Positions 22,221-32,436 of a stretch of DNA of 64,000 bases are shown here, one piece after another. The stretch comes from Barthelona sp. PCE (lineage: Eukaryota). Every line of letters begins with the position of its first letter. The first letter of the stretch is position 1. Under the pieces are notes generated by a model that was not told the origin of the DNA, made no database searches, and saw only the letters and a program-made list of their open reading frames with translations. Location of the stretch: positions 992,001 to 1,056,000 of the forward strand of contig JAUFOR010000002.1 in assembly GCA_040285745.1 (NCBI GenBank). The letters run 5' to 3'. Position numbers and translations under genes: made by a program.

Positions 22221-22756
22221 TTTGATGGGGTATCATAGCTTTTTCACTTTCATGTTTGGAGGATCCAATTTTACTATTACTTGAACAATTGAATAGTATT
22301 TTATCTTCATGTGTTTTGACAATAATTGCACACCATATTCGATTCGAGTATATGTTGAAAATCCGTTTGACCTGTATCATTACCATTTGCAATGATAAAA
22401 CTCGCTGTAAACTCATTTGAATTTTTTCCTCCCTTTTACGTTTTTGCCATTCAACATTTACCATTGTAGGTTGGAGGATTTTGCACCGGGGCTATGTTTG
22501 TTGAGATGACGCATTGATTTTAGCATTCCGCATCATTTTTTCATAAAAATTTTTGTTTAAGAATTTACACAGTCTACGAAGTATGATCTATGATGGCAAG
22601 TTGATCTCATGTTGCCGAACTACACTTTTTTGTTCTTACAGTGTAAGCACAAAGAAAAAAAGTTGGAAATGTTTTCACCACAAGTAAAGAGAGTTTGTTA
22701 ATATAAACACCATATTCAATCTAACAGCAGTTTTTAGCTACTGTACAGAAACTACC

Positions 22757-22774
22757 AGCATTTGTGCATCCTTA
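22757..22774 (-). repeat. Right TIR
   Basis: AGCATTTGTGCATCCTTA, followed by CATTACA at 22775-22781. Confidence 0.92.
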
Positions 22775-24124
22775 CATTACAACTTTTTTATTGTTTGCAC
22801 TTTAAAGCTTTGACTTCGAGATATTGTATCGATTCTTCATCAGAAATCCTAAAATTAGCTGATTTAACGTATATAAAGAAGCAATATGTATATCGAGCAT
22901 TTTTTATGGATGTAAGTGAATGAATAATTTTTAATTACACCATAATAATGCATATTATACTAATAATATTCCATAAAATGAGAAGAAAAAAAATCTGAGT
23001 ACCATTACTACATTTAGTTTATTGTAATATAAACCATTTAAATACTTCTCAATTGATTTTGCTTACCTCCTTAATGTTTTTTGATTGCCTAATAAAAATT
23101 TTCTCAACGTTTACTTTATGTACAGATTTTTAAAAGATACAATCATTCATTGTACAAATAATTGTCTGTCAAATATACTTTTTATTAATGAATATAGGCA
23201 ATATATTAAAAGTGCAATTGAAAGAAATTTTCAGGAATGTTTTATCGATAATCCATTCACTATTCTCTCAATATAATCTGCCCACTATATCAAATCAATG
23301 TGTATGGATCAGGAAAAATGTTCCACCCTGTTTAATAAAAAAAGTTGATCAAACCCGGTATTAGACAATACATGACCAGAACATGGATTAAACACGAATC
23401 GAATATCTGTGAACGAGAGTACTGCAACTGTTAACAGATTGTACTTTGTGTAATTGTTTATGATATTAACCTTCTTTTGCCTGCACAAATCGCAACCTTC
23501 ATTAATACAGTTGATTGCAAGCAATGGTCATAAACACAAGCAGAAAAAAGCAAATAGTTGCTTTAGTGATATTGAAATATAGATTCACAGGCATTCATCT
23601 TTCTTGTTTTTAAGCGTATAGAACATGATATATAGACATTATACAGTACGATAAACTGCATGGAATGGATAAAACTGCATCAAAAAGATAACTTTTTTTT
23701 TTTCTCCTAATCGTTTTATATTACAGTATTTTTATGTGATTTCAGTGCATCTTTGATGGTTTTTAGGCCATATCTCGACTTTTGTTAAGGTTGAAGTTTG
23801 TAGTTATAGAATTTCAAGATTTATTTCTTGTTAAAGGTGAATCGGATAATGAAAATTCGCTGAACTTCCAAAATTTATTTAAAATTTATATCAGAGATGT
23901 AGGTTTGATTCCTACTTCGCCTATAAAATTTTTATTTTTTTTTCCACTCAGTAGCAAAGTTTTTTTAGACAAAGAATACTTGAAACTGTATCTCAACGCT
24001 TCTAAATTGAACTCTAAAGTGATAAAAAATGAAGATCTGATGTTGTTTTTTTTGCAACTTTTTGTTGAATGATGGAAGCATGTGGTTGACGGAACTCATG
24101 GCAGAGTGAATCTGTGACTCATGA

Positions 24125-27100
24125 ATGTGCTGTCCGAATTACGTCCTTTATCGTACATTCCGGATTTCTCTTTTTTACTATTTTTATGGGGTGGGATCTC
24201 AATTACCCGACCTCGATCTTAGGAACCATGATCAACCACCCCATAAAGTGGGTAGTGTAAAAACTGTAACAAACAAAGTAACGATTTGGAGTTCAGAAGT
24301 CAAAAATTCAATGTTATTACTATTCCATGAATTTAATGCTTCTAAGTACGCGTTATTAAATCACAAAGAGCTTTTGGATACTTATAACAAGATATCCAAC
24401 AAAGAAAATATCAAGATCCATCTGGTTCAGGATTCAATATTTCCACTTCTTTTCAAGCAATTATCACGGCAAAATCAGCAAATCACTCTGATGAAGGTAT
24501 CACCAGCTAAAGTTAATGCTGGTAGGGGCTTTGCTTTGCCATTTGTATTTTTAGCTATGGATAAAAGTTTGAAGAACATTAGATCTGAATACGGTCCAGG
24601 TTCTGAGATGGCTTTCAGGGATTACACAACATATTACGGTGAGGTTGTGCACCCTTACATTCTGGAAACCATTTTTAACTCTGCTTATGTTCAAGCAGCA
24701 AACAATTCAGAAAACGTAACTCTTTTTATGGAATTTGATCTGTCAAGCGATGTACGCAAAGATGATGCACTTATTATGTTGAAGGTACCAACCGATCTGG
24801 AACTTGTTTGGGTCGAGCATCCATTTTTGGAGAGCTCTACGAAAATGTACACAAAAAAGCATTTAATAATCACACTAGAGCAATATTTGGATTCTTTAAA
24901 AGGTAAGTTTATCATCTTTGATATATTTTCAACCGAGTTCACTGTTTCCCACGCAACTGAAGTTGTTATTAATCCTCTTGATTACCCAGATTTCACTGTG
25001 CGTAATTTTGTAGTACCTGAAATCAGCAAGGCGGAATACAAACGTGCTCAGGATCTGTGCGAACAGTTTTTGTCTCGGCTTAAAAAATACAAAATCATCC
25101 AGTCATATTCAATCATCGAGAGGAAAAACAGGGATCGCTGGTGCTTAGAAGATGTTATTATTGACATGGGTGATTCTGAAGTTAAGATTGTTGTTGGAAC
25201 TGATAATGGCACGCCAGAACAGCTCGCCTTTCAAAAGATATGTGATGCATGCTCGTCAATATCACGAGTTCCATGTGTTTGTCATGTTTTAAATAAGATT
25301 ATGGCAAAAACCAGTGGGTTTGAGTTCTTTCCTAGTCATATTCAGCATCAATCCTACAGTCCTCCTTATTTTGATAGTTTTAATTCGTTGAGAGTCTCCA
25401 ATGAAACCGTCACTATGGATATCATCGATCAAGTTTCACAAAATCCATTTGTTGAAGCGTTGTTTAAGAAGCTAGATTTATCAAATTTATTCACCAACCG
25501 TACCATTTCACGTTCTGCTGCTGCTCGACTTAACAGCGTTGTTTCTCTCCATGAAACTCATCCAATCTTTGCACTTTCTGAACCTGCAGCAGAGAATGAG
25601 AGTGTTACAGATGATATTTCTGGTGCAACTATCAACAATTTAACAGAAGAATGGATCGAGTCATTTGTTCATTCTGACAGTGATGTGGTTGAAGGTGGTT
25701 TGATTTCTGACGATAAGCTCATGTTTACCTTTGCATATACATCATTTCACGAATGTCAACACCTTGAAAACTTGTTAAGTCAGCGCAATGCTTGCCTGTT
25801 AGGCGTTGATTTGACCTTAAGTAACTCTCTTTCAAATGATGCCTATCGTTTCAATGTACTTGAGCATTATACTGAATTCATTGATCATCTTGCCATGATT
25901 TCTTTAGAGAAATATGCAAAAATGTTGGATGATCAGCAGAAATCTCTCGCCAATTTTTCAAAGATACAGACGCTGTTAACAGTTGATACTATGCGTGTGT
26001 TTTATAAATACCATACAGTCTGGTGTGAAGTAACGGGAAGATCCATATCTCTTTCGAATGTTCGTTGGGATACACTGGAATGGATTTATGATGTATTGTG
26101 TGGTGGACTGTACATGGACATCCCCAAGATACTATTTTTACCTGAGGGAACAGAAACAATTCCTGATGATTTTGCAATAACATGGTCTCATTTTGATATC
26201 ACTGATATGATTCTTCGTCTGAAGTACCACGAAGGTAAGGATTTGGAGATTAAGCGGATGTTAAAGAGCAATAATACTGTTTGTGACGAGGATCATTATC
26301 GGCATTTTCTTTCTCCTTTTTATGAGGCCATGAAGGATGGGAATAAGCAGCCTCATGGATTTTCTCTGGGCCCTGATATGTGGGTATTGGCAAGGAATTA
26401 TTTTTCTACTTATTCTCGTATGATCTTCATTCAACGTATGAGCAGTAAGAATGATTTTTCAGTTTTACAATCATATTTCCAAGTTTCCATTCTTTTGCAT
26501 GAATTGCGAAAGTGGCGCTCAGATTTAAGAATAGAAAATGCAACAAGCCTTGCTACAATATACCATGATGGTCTTTTTGAGTATGTTCGTCATTATTTTT
26601 GCAAATTCCTCATCATGCCCGAACCTTTAGTGGCTTTTCTTCTCTCAGATTTAAGCACTGTTGAGCTCCAGGATCATAATAAGGAGGTTAAAGATATCAC
26701 AAATGATAAACCCAGAAAGAGTTGTTTGAAGGAAGAATTATACCAACTGTATGTTGATGCAAAGATACCCAATATTAACAGAGGAGGTTTAGTTAAGGTT
26801 ACAGACAGGGAACTTGTAAGACTAAAAGGTATGATGGTTTTTTCATTTTTGCCCACCAAGTTCAAGCGCTGTGGAAGTGAATGTCCCGCATTACATCTTA
26901 TTAGTGATCACGTTTATGTTAATATGGCAAAAGATTTTAATGATCCTTTGTTGTATAGAGGGTTAGTGGGGTATATAATTTCGATTCTTTGTACCAATTA
27001 CTATTTAGACTTTTCACCATCCAATGAAGATCGAAAGAAGGTCGTAATGCGCTATACACCAGAAGTGGAACCCCAAACAATTGTATTACCATTATCGACA

Positions 27101-27511
27101 GGCTTTCTCAGTCCTAGTCGCCGTTCTTCCAATCGTATGGAGAGTGAACTATCTCCAAGTGCCCAAAGTGTGCATGAGCCCCCTTTAAGTGCTCAAAGGG
27201 TGGCCGATGAGTTCGATTTCAGTGATACAGGAATTAGAGAAAGAGATGTTCGTGCAGCACTTGTTCATGGCCACACCCACGAATCTGTGGAGGGTTTACC
27301 CGGTTTCCGAGCTATAATTAGACAATATAGCAGTGCATCTGCCAGCAATTCTGGAGTTGAGCATGGATTTTCTAAGGTAAAAGGACTGGATTCCAAGATT
27401 CGAGTCAGATTAACAACTCGTACACGTTTTAATTGGACTTTATTAAATGAAGCTTCTGCAGTCCCAAGGATTACGTATGATGAACTGAAAGAAATAGTGA
27501 AGACTATCTAA
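24125..27511 (+). CDS. hAT-like transposase 2; true 5' end uncertain
   Basis: D1 'FMEFDLSSD', D2 'GTDNG', CxxH 'CVCH', 'VRWDT', 'SASASNSGVEHGFS'. Confidence 0.8.
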   Translation: MCCPNYVLYRTFRISLFYYFYGVGSQLPDLDLRNHDQPPHKVGSVKTVTNKVTIWSSEVKNSMLLLFHEFNASKYALLNHKELLDTYNKISNKENIKIHLVQDSIFPLLFKQLSRQNQQITLMKVSPAKVNAGRGFALPFVFLAMDKSLKNIRSEYGPGSEMAFRDYTTYYGEVVHPYILETIFNSAYVQAANNSENVTLFMEFDLSSDVRKDDALIMLKVPTDLELVWVEHPFLESSTKMYTKKHLIITLEQYLDSLKGKFIIFDIFSTEFTVSHATEVVINPLDYPDFTVRNFVVPEISKAEYKRAQDLCEQFLSRLKKYKIIQSYSIIERKNRDRWCLEDVIIDMGDSEVKIVVGTDNGTPEQLAFQKICDACSSISRVPCVCHVLNKIMAKTSGFEFFPSHIQHQSYSPPYFDSFNSLRVSNETVTMDIIDQVSQNPFVEALFKKLDLSNLFTNRTISRSAAARLNSVVSLHETHPIFALSEPAAENESVTDDISGATINNLTEEWIESFVHSDSDVVEGGLISDDKLMFTFAYTSFHECQHLENLLSQRNACLLGVDLTLSNSLSNDAYRFNVLEHYTEFIDHLAMISLEKYAKMLDDQQKSLANFSKIQTLLTVDTMRVFYKYHTVWCEVTGRSISLSNVRWDTLEWIYDVLCGGLYMDIPKILFLPEGTETIPDDFAITWSHFDITDMILRLKYHEGKDLEIKRMLKSNNTVCDEDHYRHFLSPFYEAMKDGNKQPHGFSLGPDMWVLARNYFSTYSRMIFIQRMSSKNDFSVLQSYFQVSILLHELRKWRSDLRIENATSLATIYHDGLFEYVRHYFCKFLIMPEPLVAFLLSDLSTVELQDHNKEVKDITNDKPRKSCLKEELYQLYVDAKIPNINRGGLVKVTDRELVRLKGMMVFSFLPTKFKRCGSECPALHLISDHVYVNMAKDFNDPLLYRGLVGYIISILCTNYYLDFSPSNEDRKKVVMRYTPEVEPQTIVLPLSTGFLSPSRRSSNRMESELSPSAQSVHEPPLSAQRVADEFDFSDTGIRERDVRAALVHGHTHESVEGLPGFRAIIRQYSSASASNSGVEHGFSKVKGLDSKIRVRLTTRTRFNWTLLNEASAVPRITYDELKEIVKTI

Positions 27512-27778
27512 ATTCAATTTTTTCATTTTTATGATGGAGAAAAAGCATTTTTGTGGATTTATTGTGAGTTATTTGGTTCACAAGGTACATGAAAGCTTTC
27601 ACATGTATTTCTGAGCACTCTAATATTTTAATATGTTTGTAAATTTGTACTGAAATTCCCCCAATAAAACCGGAATTACACTTTTACAATGTTTATATCT
27701 GGGATCCGTCTCTTCATGTCGTCAACCTTTCGACCCACCGTGTTCAGTATACCTACGGTTTAGTCAAACATAAATGAT

Positions 27779-29515
27779 TTACAACTTGTTATCTGCAGTT
27801 ACAATGAAGTTCAGCGACTCAATGATAGATGAAGCATCTTGTGCAGCATCGTCACACAGAGCAATGAAGGACTGTATGACCTTCCTATGCGGTTTGCTGA
27901 TTGGCTTGCCTATGGACACAGCAATATCGGTAATAACCTTTGGGTACTGTGACAGAACTGTTGTAGCATCCAAATCTTTAATCTTACGTCGTTCAACACC
28001 AAGACCTGTTAATGCGATTTTGATTCTATGCAACGTGGGGAGCAGCTCGTCAATAGCTGTGACGAGGTCTATCAGTTCTGAGACAAGCTTGTTTTGTTTC
28101 TCTAGATTTCGTGTAACACCCAGATATGATGCGCTTTCGTGGAATAAATTCTCCAGGATCAAAATACGACGGACAGAAGCGCTGGCCTTCAGCAGCACCT
28201 TGTAGTGTGCTGGGAGTTCATCCTCAAATACATCACGGTCTTCTGCGGCCATCTTTCTCTGCTCGATCATTGGGAAAATCACAAACTTATCGTATTGCAT
28301 CATTTTTTGTTGCTCAATTACGTGCTGCTCGTCATACTTCACCATTTCGTATTGTTCTTCTCTCTCTAAGAGACGTTCTTCCTCGTTCAATTGCTCAGAA
28401 GTGATGGAGCTCACCTCCACCTCAAGCTCCCTCCACTCATCCTTCATGACGTTGGGGGTGGGCGCTCTTGTAGATTGCGACATACGGCTCTCTGCTCGCT
28501 CTGAATTAGCTTTTTTCGACTTGGCTGCGTCCTCCAACGCCTTGATTTGCTCCAGGTCACGACGCGCTTCAGCATCCAGCGCGTCTTCCGGTGGCAGTAG
28601 GAACCACAAATCGATATTTCCATTTGGTACAGTCTGCAAAGAAAACGCTATGGGCTCTGGGATACTGCTATCGTCCAACAATGGAGACATTGGATCTAAG
28701 ATGGAAAGGCACTCACCAAGGATCTTGATTAATGAGCTGAGATACCCTCCAACCTCGTTCAAACGACTAGCTTCCATCTTTCCAGCCATTACTCTGGCGA
28801 ATTTCAAAATTGCTCTAGCAAAATTCTTATTTTTCTTATTGAGCGCTGCGAGCTCGTCCAGTCGAGCATTGATGTGGTTGGGCAAGTCTAAATCATCTTT
28901 TTTAACCTCAAAATCTTCCAAATCAGATATATGTTTTCTAAATCGCATCAGTAAAGAAAAGCACAAAGCTGCTGCATACCTCTTAGGAAACGATGATACA
29001 ACTGGTTGTCCTTTATATTCTGGTATTTCTTTAACGCTTTGGGGAATTGGTGCTGATGGATTACCAAAATTATCCTTTGAAACGTCAGGACGACGTCCAC
29101 AGACCTCAATGGGCTTGAATGTATTACCATATATACCTCTCATCAAGGCATTATACCTGGTAATATGTTTAACTACGTGACCGGAATCCTTCTCTTTTTT
29201 CTTCTCGGATTTAGTCATTCGCGGAATATAGTTCTCCCCTCCGAAATCATCAGGCTTCGGGGGTGGAGGTAAGGAGAATCCAGTAGATTTCTGGCCTGAA
29301 ACAGAAAGTTTTTCTTTGGCTAAATTGTAGATTTCCTTTGATACAGGCTTTGTTCTGGGATTAACAGAGTAGGGAGAAAAGAACTTGACATGTGCGTACT
29401 CCTTCTTTTTCCTCTTGTTGGAGAAATTGGTTTTCACCAATGATTCCCTAGCTGTTTTGTATTTATCGGGCTTTTTACGCTGTATGCGACTATCTGTACG
29501 TGTGGAGCTATCCAT
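27779..29515 (-). CDS. Hypothetical coiled-coil protein with basic N-terminus
   Basis: 578-aa ORF with host-like composition. Confidence 0.7.
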   Translation of the reverse strand: MDSSTRTDSRIQRKKPDKYKTARESLVKTNFSNKRKKKEYAHVKFFSPYSVNPRTKPVSKEIYNLAKEKLSVSGQKSTGFSLPPPPKPDDFGGENYIPRMTKSEKKKEKDSGHVVKHITRYNALMRGIYGNTFKPIEVCGRRPDVSKDNFGNPSAPIPQSVKEIPEYKGQPVVSSFPKRYAAALCFSLLMRFRKHISDLEDFEVKKDDLDLPNHINARLDELAALNKKNKNFARAILKFARVMAGKMEASRLNEVGGYLSSLIKILGECLSILDPMSPLLDDSSIPEPIAFSLQTVPNGNIDLWFLLPPEDALDAEARRDLEQIKALEDAAKSKKANSERAESRMSQSTRAPTPNVMKDEWRELEVEVSSITSEQLNEEERLLEREEQYEMVKYDEQHVIEQQKMMQYDKFVIFPMIEQRKMAAEDRDVFEDELPAHYKVLLKASASVRRILILENLFHESASYLGVTRNLEKQNKLVSELIDLVTAIDELLPTLHRIKIALTGLGVERRKIKDLDATTVLSQYPKVITDIAVSIGKPISKPHRKVIQSFIALCDDAAQDASSIIESLNFIVTADNKL

Positions 29516-29812
29516 TCATAAATTAAAAGGGTGTGCGATGCAAGGAGGGAAATAAATGTACAAACAAACATTTCTTCTGTGTTGGTGTGAGACACAGAGT
29601 GCAAATATATATTATGGCACGTGTGTTACACTATTTCCTCACATTATCACATTATGTGTAGGAAACTGATTCTCGCGTTATTAAAATATTTGTGGGTTAT
29701 TACTACGATTATTGTGTGTTAAACTGTGACTTTAGTATCTGAATGTAGTCCAACAACCTGTTTAAGGCAACACGATTTGTTTCACTTTTTTACACCTTTT
29801 CATTTTTTTTTC

Positions 29813-30259
29813 ATGGCTGATATAGATGTCCTGAACAAGTTTTCCATCTGGCCATTTGCATATTCGTATTTGATTTGGCCATTCATCGCCATAATAATGG
29901 ATTTTGCTTTTGTTGGGTCAACACTGAGTTTTTATTTGTTTTTTTGCTCATATTTTGACATACTCCTCCCATTCTTGTTTGTCAACAACAACACAGATAG
30001 ACATACCATTTTTCTCTATTTGTGCGTGATACCCATTGTTTCACGTACGTTCTATTATGATGCAAGCGAGACATTTGTCCCCACCACATGGTTTTTCGGA
30101 ATCCCAACCGTCCGTTCACATGCAATGGCTTTGCTGAGTACGCTTCACATTATTGTATCCTTTTATTGTGCACGTAAATTAGGTCGTTATTACCAAAAGA
30201 GGCAGTGTCTTCTGGACATGGGGACATTTCTTGACACTTTTGATAGGTCAAATTCATAG
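29813..30259 (+). CDS. Small multi-pass membrane protein
   Basis: About 4 hydrophobic segments; ATG follows a T-rich leader. Confidence 0.55.
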   Translation: MADIDVLNKFSIWPFAYSYLIWPFIAIIMDFAFVGSTLSFYLFFCSYFDILLPFLFVNNNTDRHTIFLYLCVIPIVSRTFYYDASETFVPTTWFFGIPTVRSHAMALLSTLHIIVSFYCARKLGRYYQKRQCLLDMGTFLDTFDRSNS

Positions 30260-30309
30260 GATCACAAGATTTTGTGTAGTTGTTTGTAAAAGCAAAAAAT
30301 TATTTTTTC

Positions 30310-31506
30310 ATGGTTTTATTACGTTCATCGTTCGTTTTTGGGGTCATCATACTTGTTTTACTAACAAGATTTAGCTATGCAGTTAATATAGATGTTACTA
30401 CACCCCCCAATGCCCATATTTGGGACACAGTGAAAGTTCATTTCGAAGGAGAGGGATCTTTTGCGAACGCCTACACAGTAGACATAAGTAGAAAGAGGGA
30501 TAATGCTACAATAACGCTGTGTGGAATTGGTGATGATTTATTAAGCTGTTCTTGGAATGAGTCGTTTATCCCGATTCAAAGAGGGTTGAGAGACGGAGAC
30601 AACATCAAGATCATTGTCTCTTTGGGTGCATTTCGTAGTTCCAGTGATTATTTCCATATCTTTTCTGAATCAACCGGGCTCTCATCATTTGTGAGCATTT
30701 TTTCGTTTTTAATTGGCATTGCCACATTCGTACATACCGTATATTTGGTCACATCATACGTTCATGTGACATTCAAATTATCCACCCTCTATCACACTAT
30801 CATAACCATTCATGCATCACAGTTTGTCTTGGGGTTTATCAACTACATTTTTCAGATCAAGTCTCAGTCTTGGTGTGTCATTTACGTCTGGTTTTACCTC
30901 ATGTGTAACACAGCAATTATTTTGATTAGCATTTTGATACCAGTTGTTATACTCGGAACAATTGTGGGTGTGAGATTCGACAATGCAACTCTGTTATCGG
31001 TCACAGTTGCAGTGTTTTCGGTCGTTTTCGCATCGTATATACTCAGCACAGATTTGATATACCCGTTGCAGCCGTTGAAGACTTTTTCGGATACTAGTAA
31101 TCAGTGTACATTGGGATTTGAAGATGCACGCTTTCTAGTCGATGCACTGATGGTGTTCGATACGGTTGTTGTTGTGGTTTTTATATTTTTTTCGGTTGTA
31201 ATCGTGTTGAAATTGGTTGAAATGAGATTGTTGAAAAAAAAGTATCATCGAACTTTATTGGGTGATTTTCTTATGTTAGTTTTAGTTCCCTTTTGTCTCA
31301 TACTTGCAGTAGAACTCTATTATTTTATTTTCGATTCATTTTCGACTATAAATAGCTTTTTAGAGATAAAGTTGGATTTCTTGGATTTTATTTTCGATGT
31401 TCAATGCTTCCTCATTCTTTTGTTTTATTATATTAATAGATCCCGTTGGACCAAAGACAAGGACACAAGGATATCAAAACTTCACACAGAATATTCAACA
31501 GTCTAA
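30310..31506 (+). CDS. 7TM GPCR-like receptor with signal peptide and small ectodomain
   Basis: Seven TM segments after the ectodomain; Cys at top of TM3 ('WCVIY') and in ECL2 ('NQCTL'); TM7 'DVQCFLILLFY'. Confidence 0.65.
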   Translation: MVLLRSSFVFGVIILVLLTRFSYAVNIDVTTPPNAHIWDTVKVHFEGEGSFANAYTVDISRKRDNATITLCGIGDDLLSCSWNESFIPIQRGLRDGDNIKIIVSLGAFRSSSDYFHIFSESTGLSSFVSIFSFLIGIATFVHTVYLVTSYVHVTFKLSTLYHTIITIHASQFVLGFINYIFQIKSQSWCVIYVWFYLMCNTAIILISILIPVVILGTIVGVRFDNATLLSVTVAVFSVVFASYILSTDLIYPLQPLKTFSDTSNQCTLGFEDARFLVDALMVFDTVVVVVFIFFSVVIVLKLVEMRLLKKKYHRTLLGDFLMLVLVPFCLILAVELYYFIFDSFSTINSFLEIKLDFLDFIFDVQCFLILLFYYINRSRWTKDKDTRISKLHTEYSTV

Positions 31507-31507
31507 C

Positions 31508-32182
31508 CTAGTTTTTGATTTTTTGAAGCAAATCTTGGATAATGTCACACAATTTTTCTTTTTCAACCTCTAAAGAGTGCACTCGATCTTCGTATATACC
31601 GAGTTTCTTTTGCAGAAGTATATTTTCTCTTCTTAGTAAACCATTCCTGTTATGTAAACCATCAATGATTTCCGAAGCATTGCTTGGGGTGATGACTGCA
31701 AACTTTTCAATTTCTCCCTCCATTACTTCCGACGGAACAGGTACCTCCTGTTTCTTAGGACTCCCGCTCATCAAACGTGATGCATGACGATAGGCAATTG
31801 TGAAATAGACAAACCATTGCGTTATGGTTGTCAGCACAGGTGGATATAACGTGCCACTCAAAGCATGTTCTGACATGCTCTCCAGGCTTGCAATGCCCCT
31901 AACTAGGTCATGGTCTGCTAATATATCGTAGGGATTTAAATCCATCAGGGACTTCTTGAACGTTTGGTAATCAATGTCATCAACGCTGGAGATTTTAAGA
32001 CAGAAGCAGAGCATCTGTTGGATGAGACTGACAAGTCTCCCAGCGAAACCATTGGGTGTACATTTCAATGAGATGAATTGCTCGAAGTGATCTGGTGTGA
32101 AATTTTGTTTTATGTATAATCTGCCCCTCTGAACGCATTCATTGACCGTTTTATTCCCCCTTAGGGGTGTGGAAGAGGTCAT
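31508..32182 (-). CDS. Hypothetical protein with C-terminal coiled coil
   Basis: ORF filling the intergenic space; heptad repeats at the C-terminus. Confidence 0.65.
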   Translation of the reverse strand: MTSSTPLRGNKTVNECVQRGRLYIKQNFTPDHFEQFISLKCTPNGFAGRLVSLIQQMLCFCLKISSVDDIDYQTFKKSLMDLNPYDILADHDLVRGIASLESMSEHALSGTLYPPVLTTITQWFVYFTIAYRHASRLMSGSPKKQEVPVPSEVMEGEIEKFAVITPSNASEIIDGLHNRNGLLRRENILLQKKLGIYEDRVHSLEVEKEKLCDIIQDLLQKIKN

Positions 32183-32436
32183 AACTTTGGAATAGGGATG
32201 AAAGTTGTGAAGCACTGTTTGTATCAAAGTTGTGGTTGTCGGAACTTGTTCATAAGCTTAGCAAGTTCATAAGTCCACAACTGTGAGTTTTCGTAGTTAT
32301 CAATATTTTCTTGTTCTTCTCTTAATCATGGTTTTGTTAAGTTCGTTGGGTGGTGTAATATCCCAATAGAAGCCTTTGAAGAGTTTGCTATTGGTAGAAA
32401 TGGACTCATTCATAGCAACATTTTTATCCCTTTTCT

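Larger units (their letters stand above)
18529..22774 (+). mobile_element. hAT-like DNA transposon, 4246 bp, 18-bp TIRs, 7-bp TSD
   Basis: TAAGGATGCACAAATGCT (18529-18546) and its exact reverse complement (22757-22774); CATTACA directly flanks both ends; transposase inside. Confidence 0.92.

Noticed and set aside
22072-22464. Antisense ORF inside the transposon's 3' end
   Set aside because: Its His-rich part simply mirrors the GAT/GAA acidic tail of the transposase; no motif
24560-24562. 'FLAMDKS' as first catalytic Asp of transposase 2
   Set aside because: 'FMEFDLSSD' (24737) aligns better with transposase 1 through the shared downstream IMxKxPT motif
27586-27607. Palindrome TACATGAAAGCTTTCACATGTA after transposase 2
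   Set aside because: Single imperfect dyad with no partner at a left end; cannot be assigned as a terminus
29730-29745. TAGTATCTG resembling U2 snRNA
   Set aside because: The GTAGTA branch-pairing sequence is not intact and no U2 stem-loops or Sm site are recognisable
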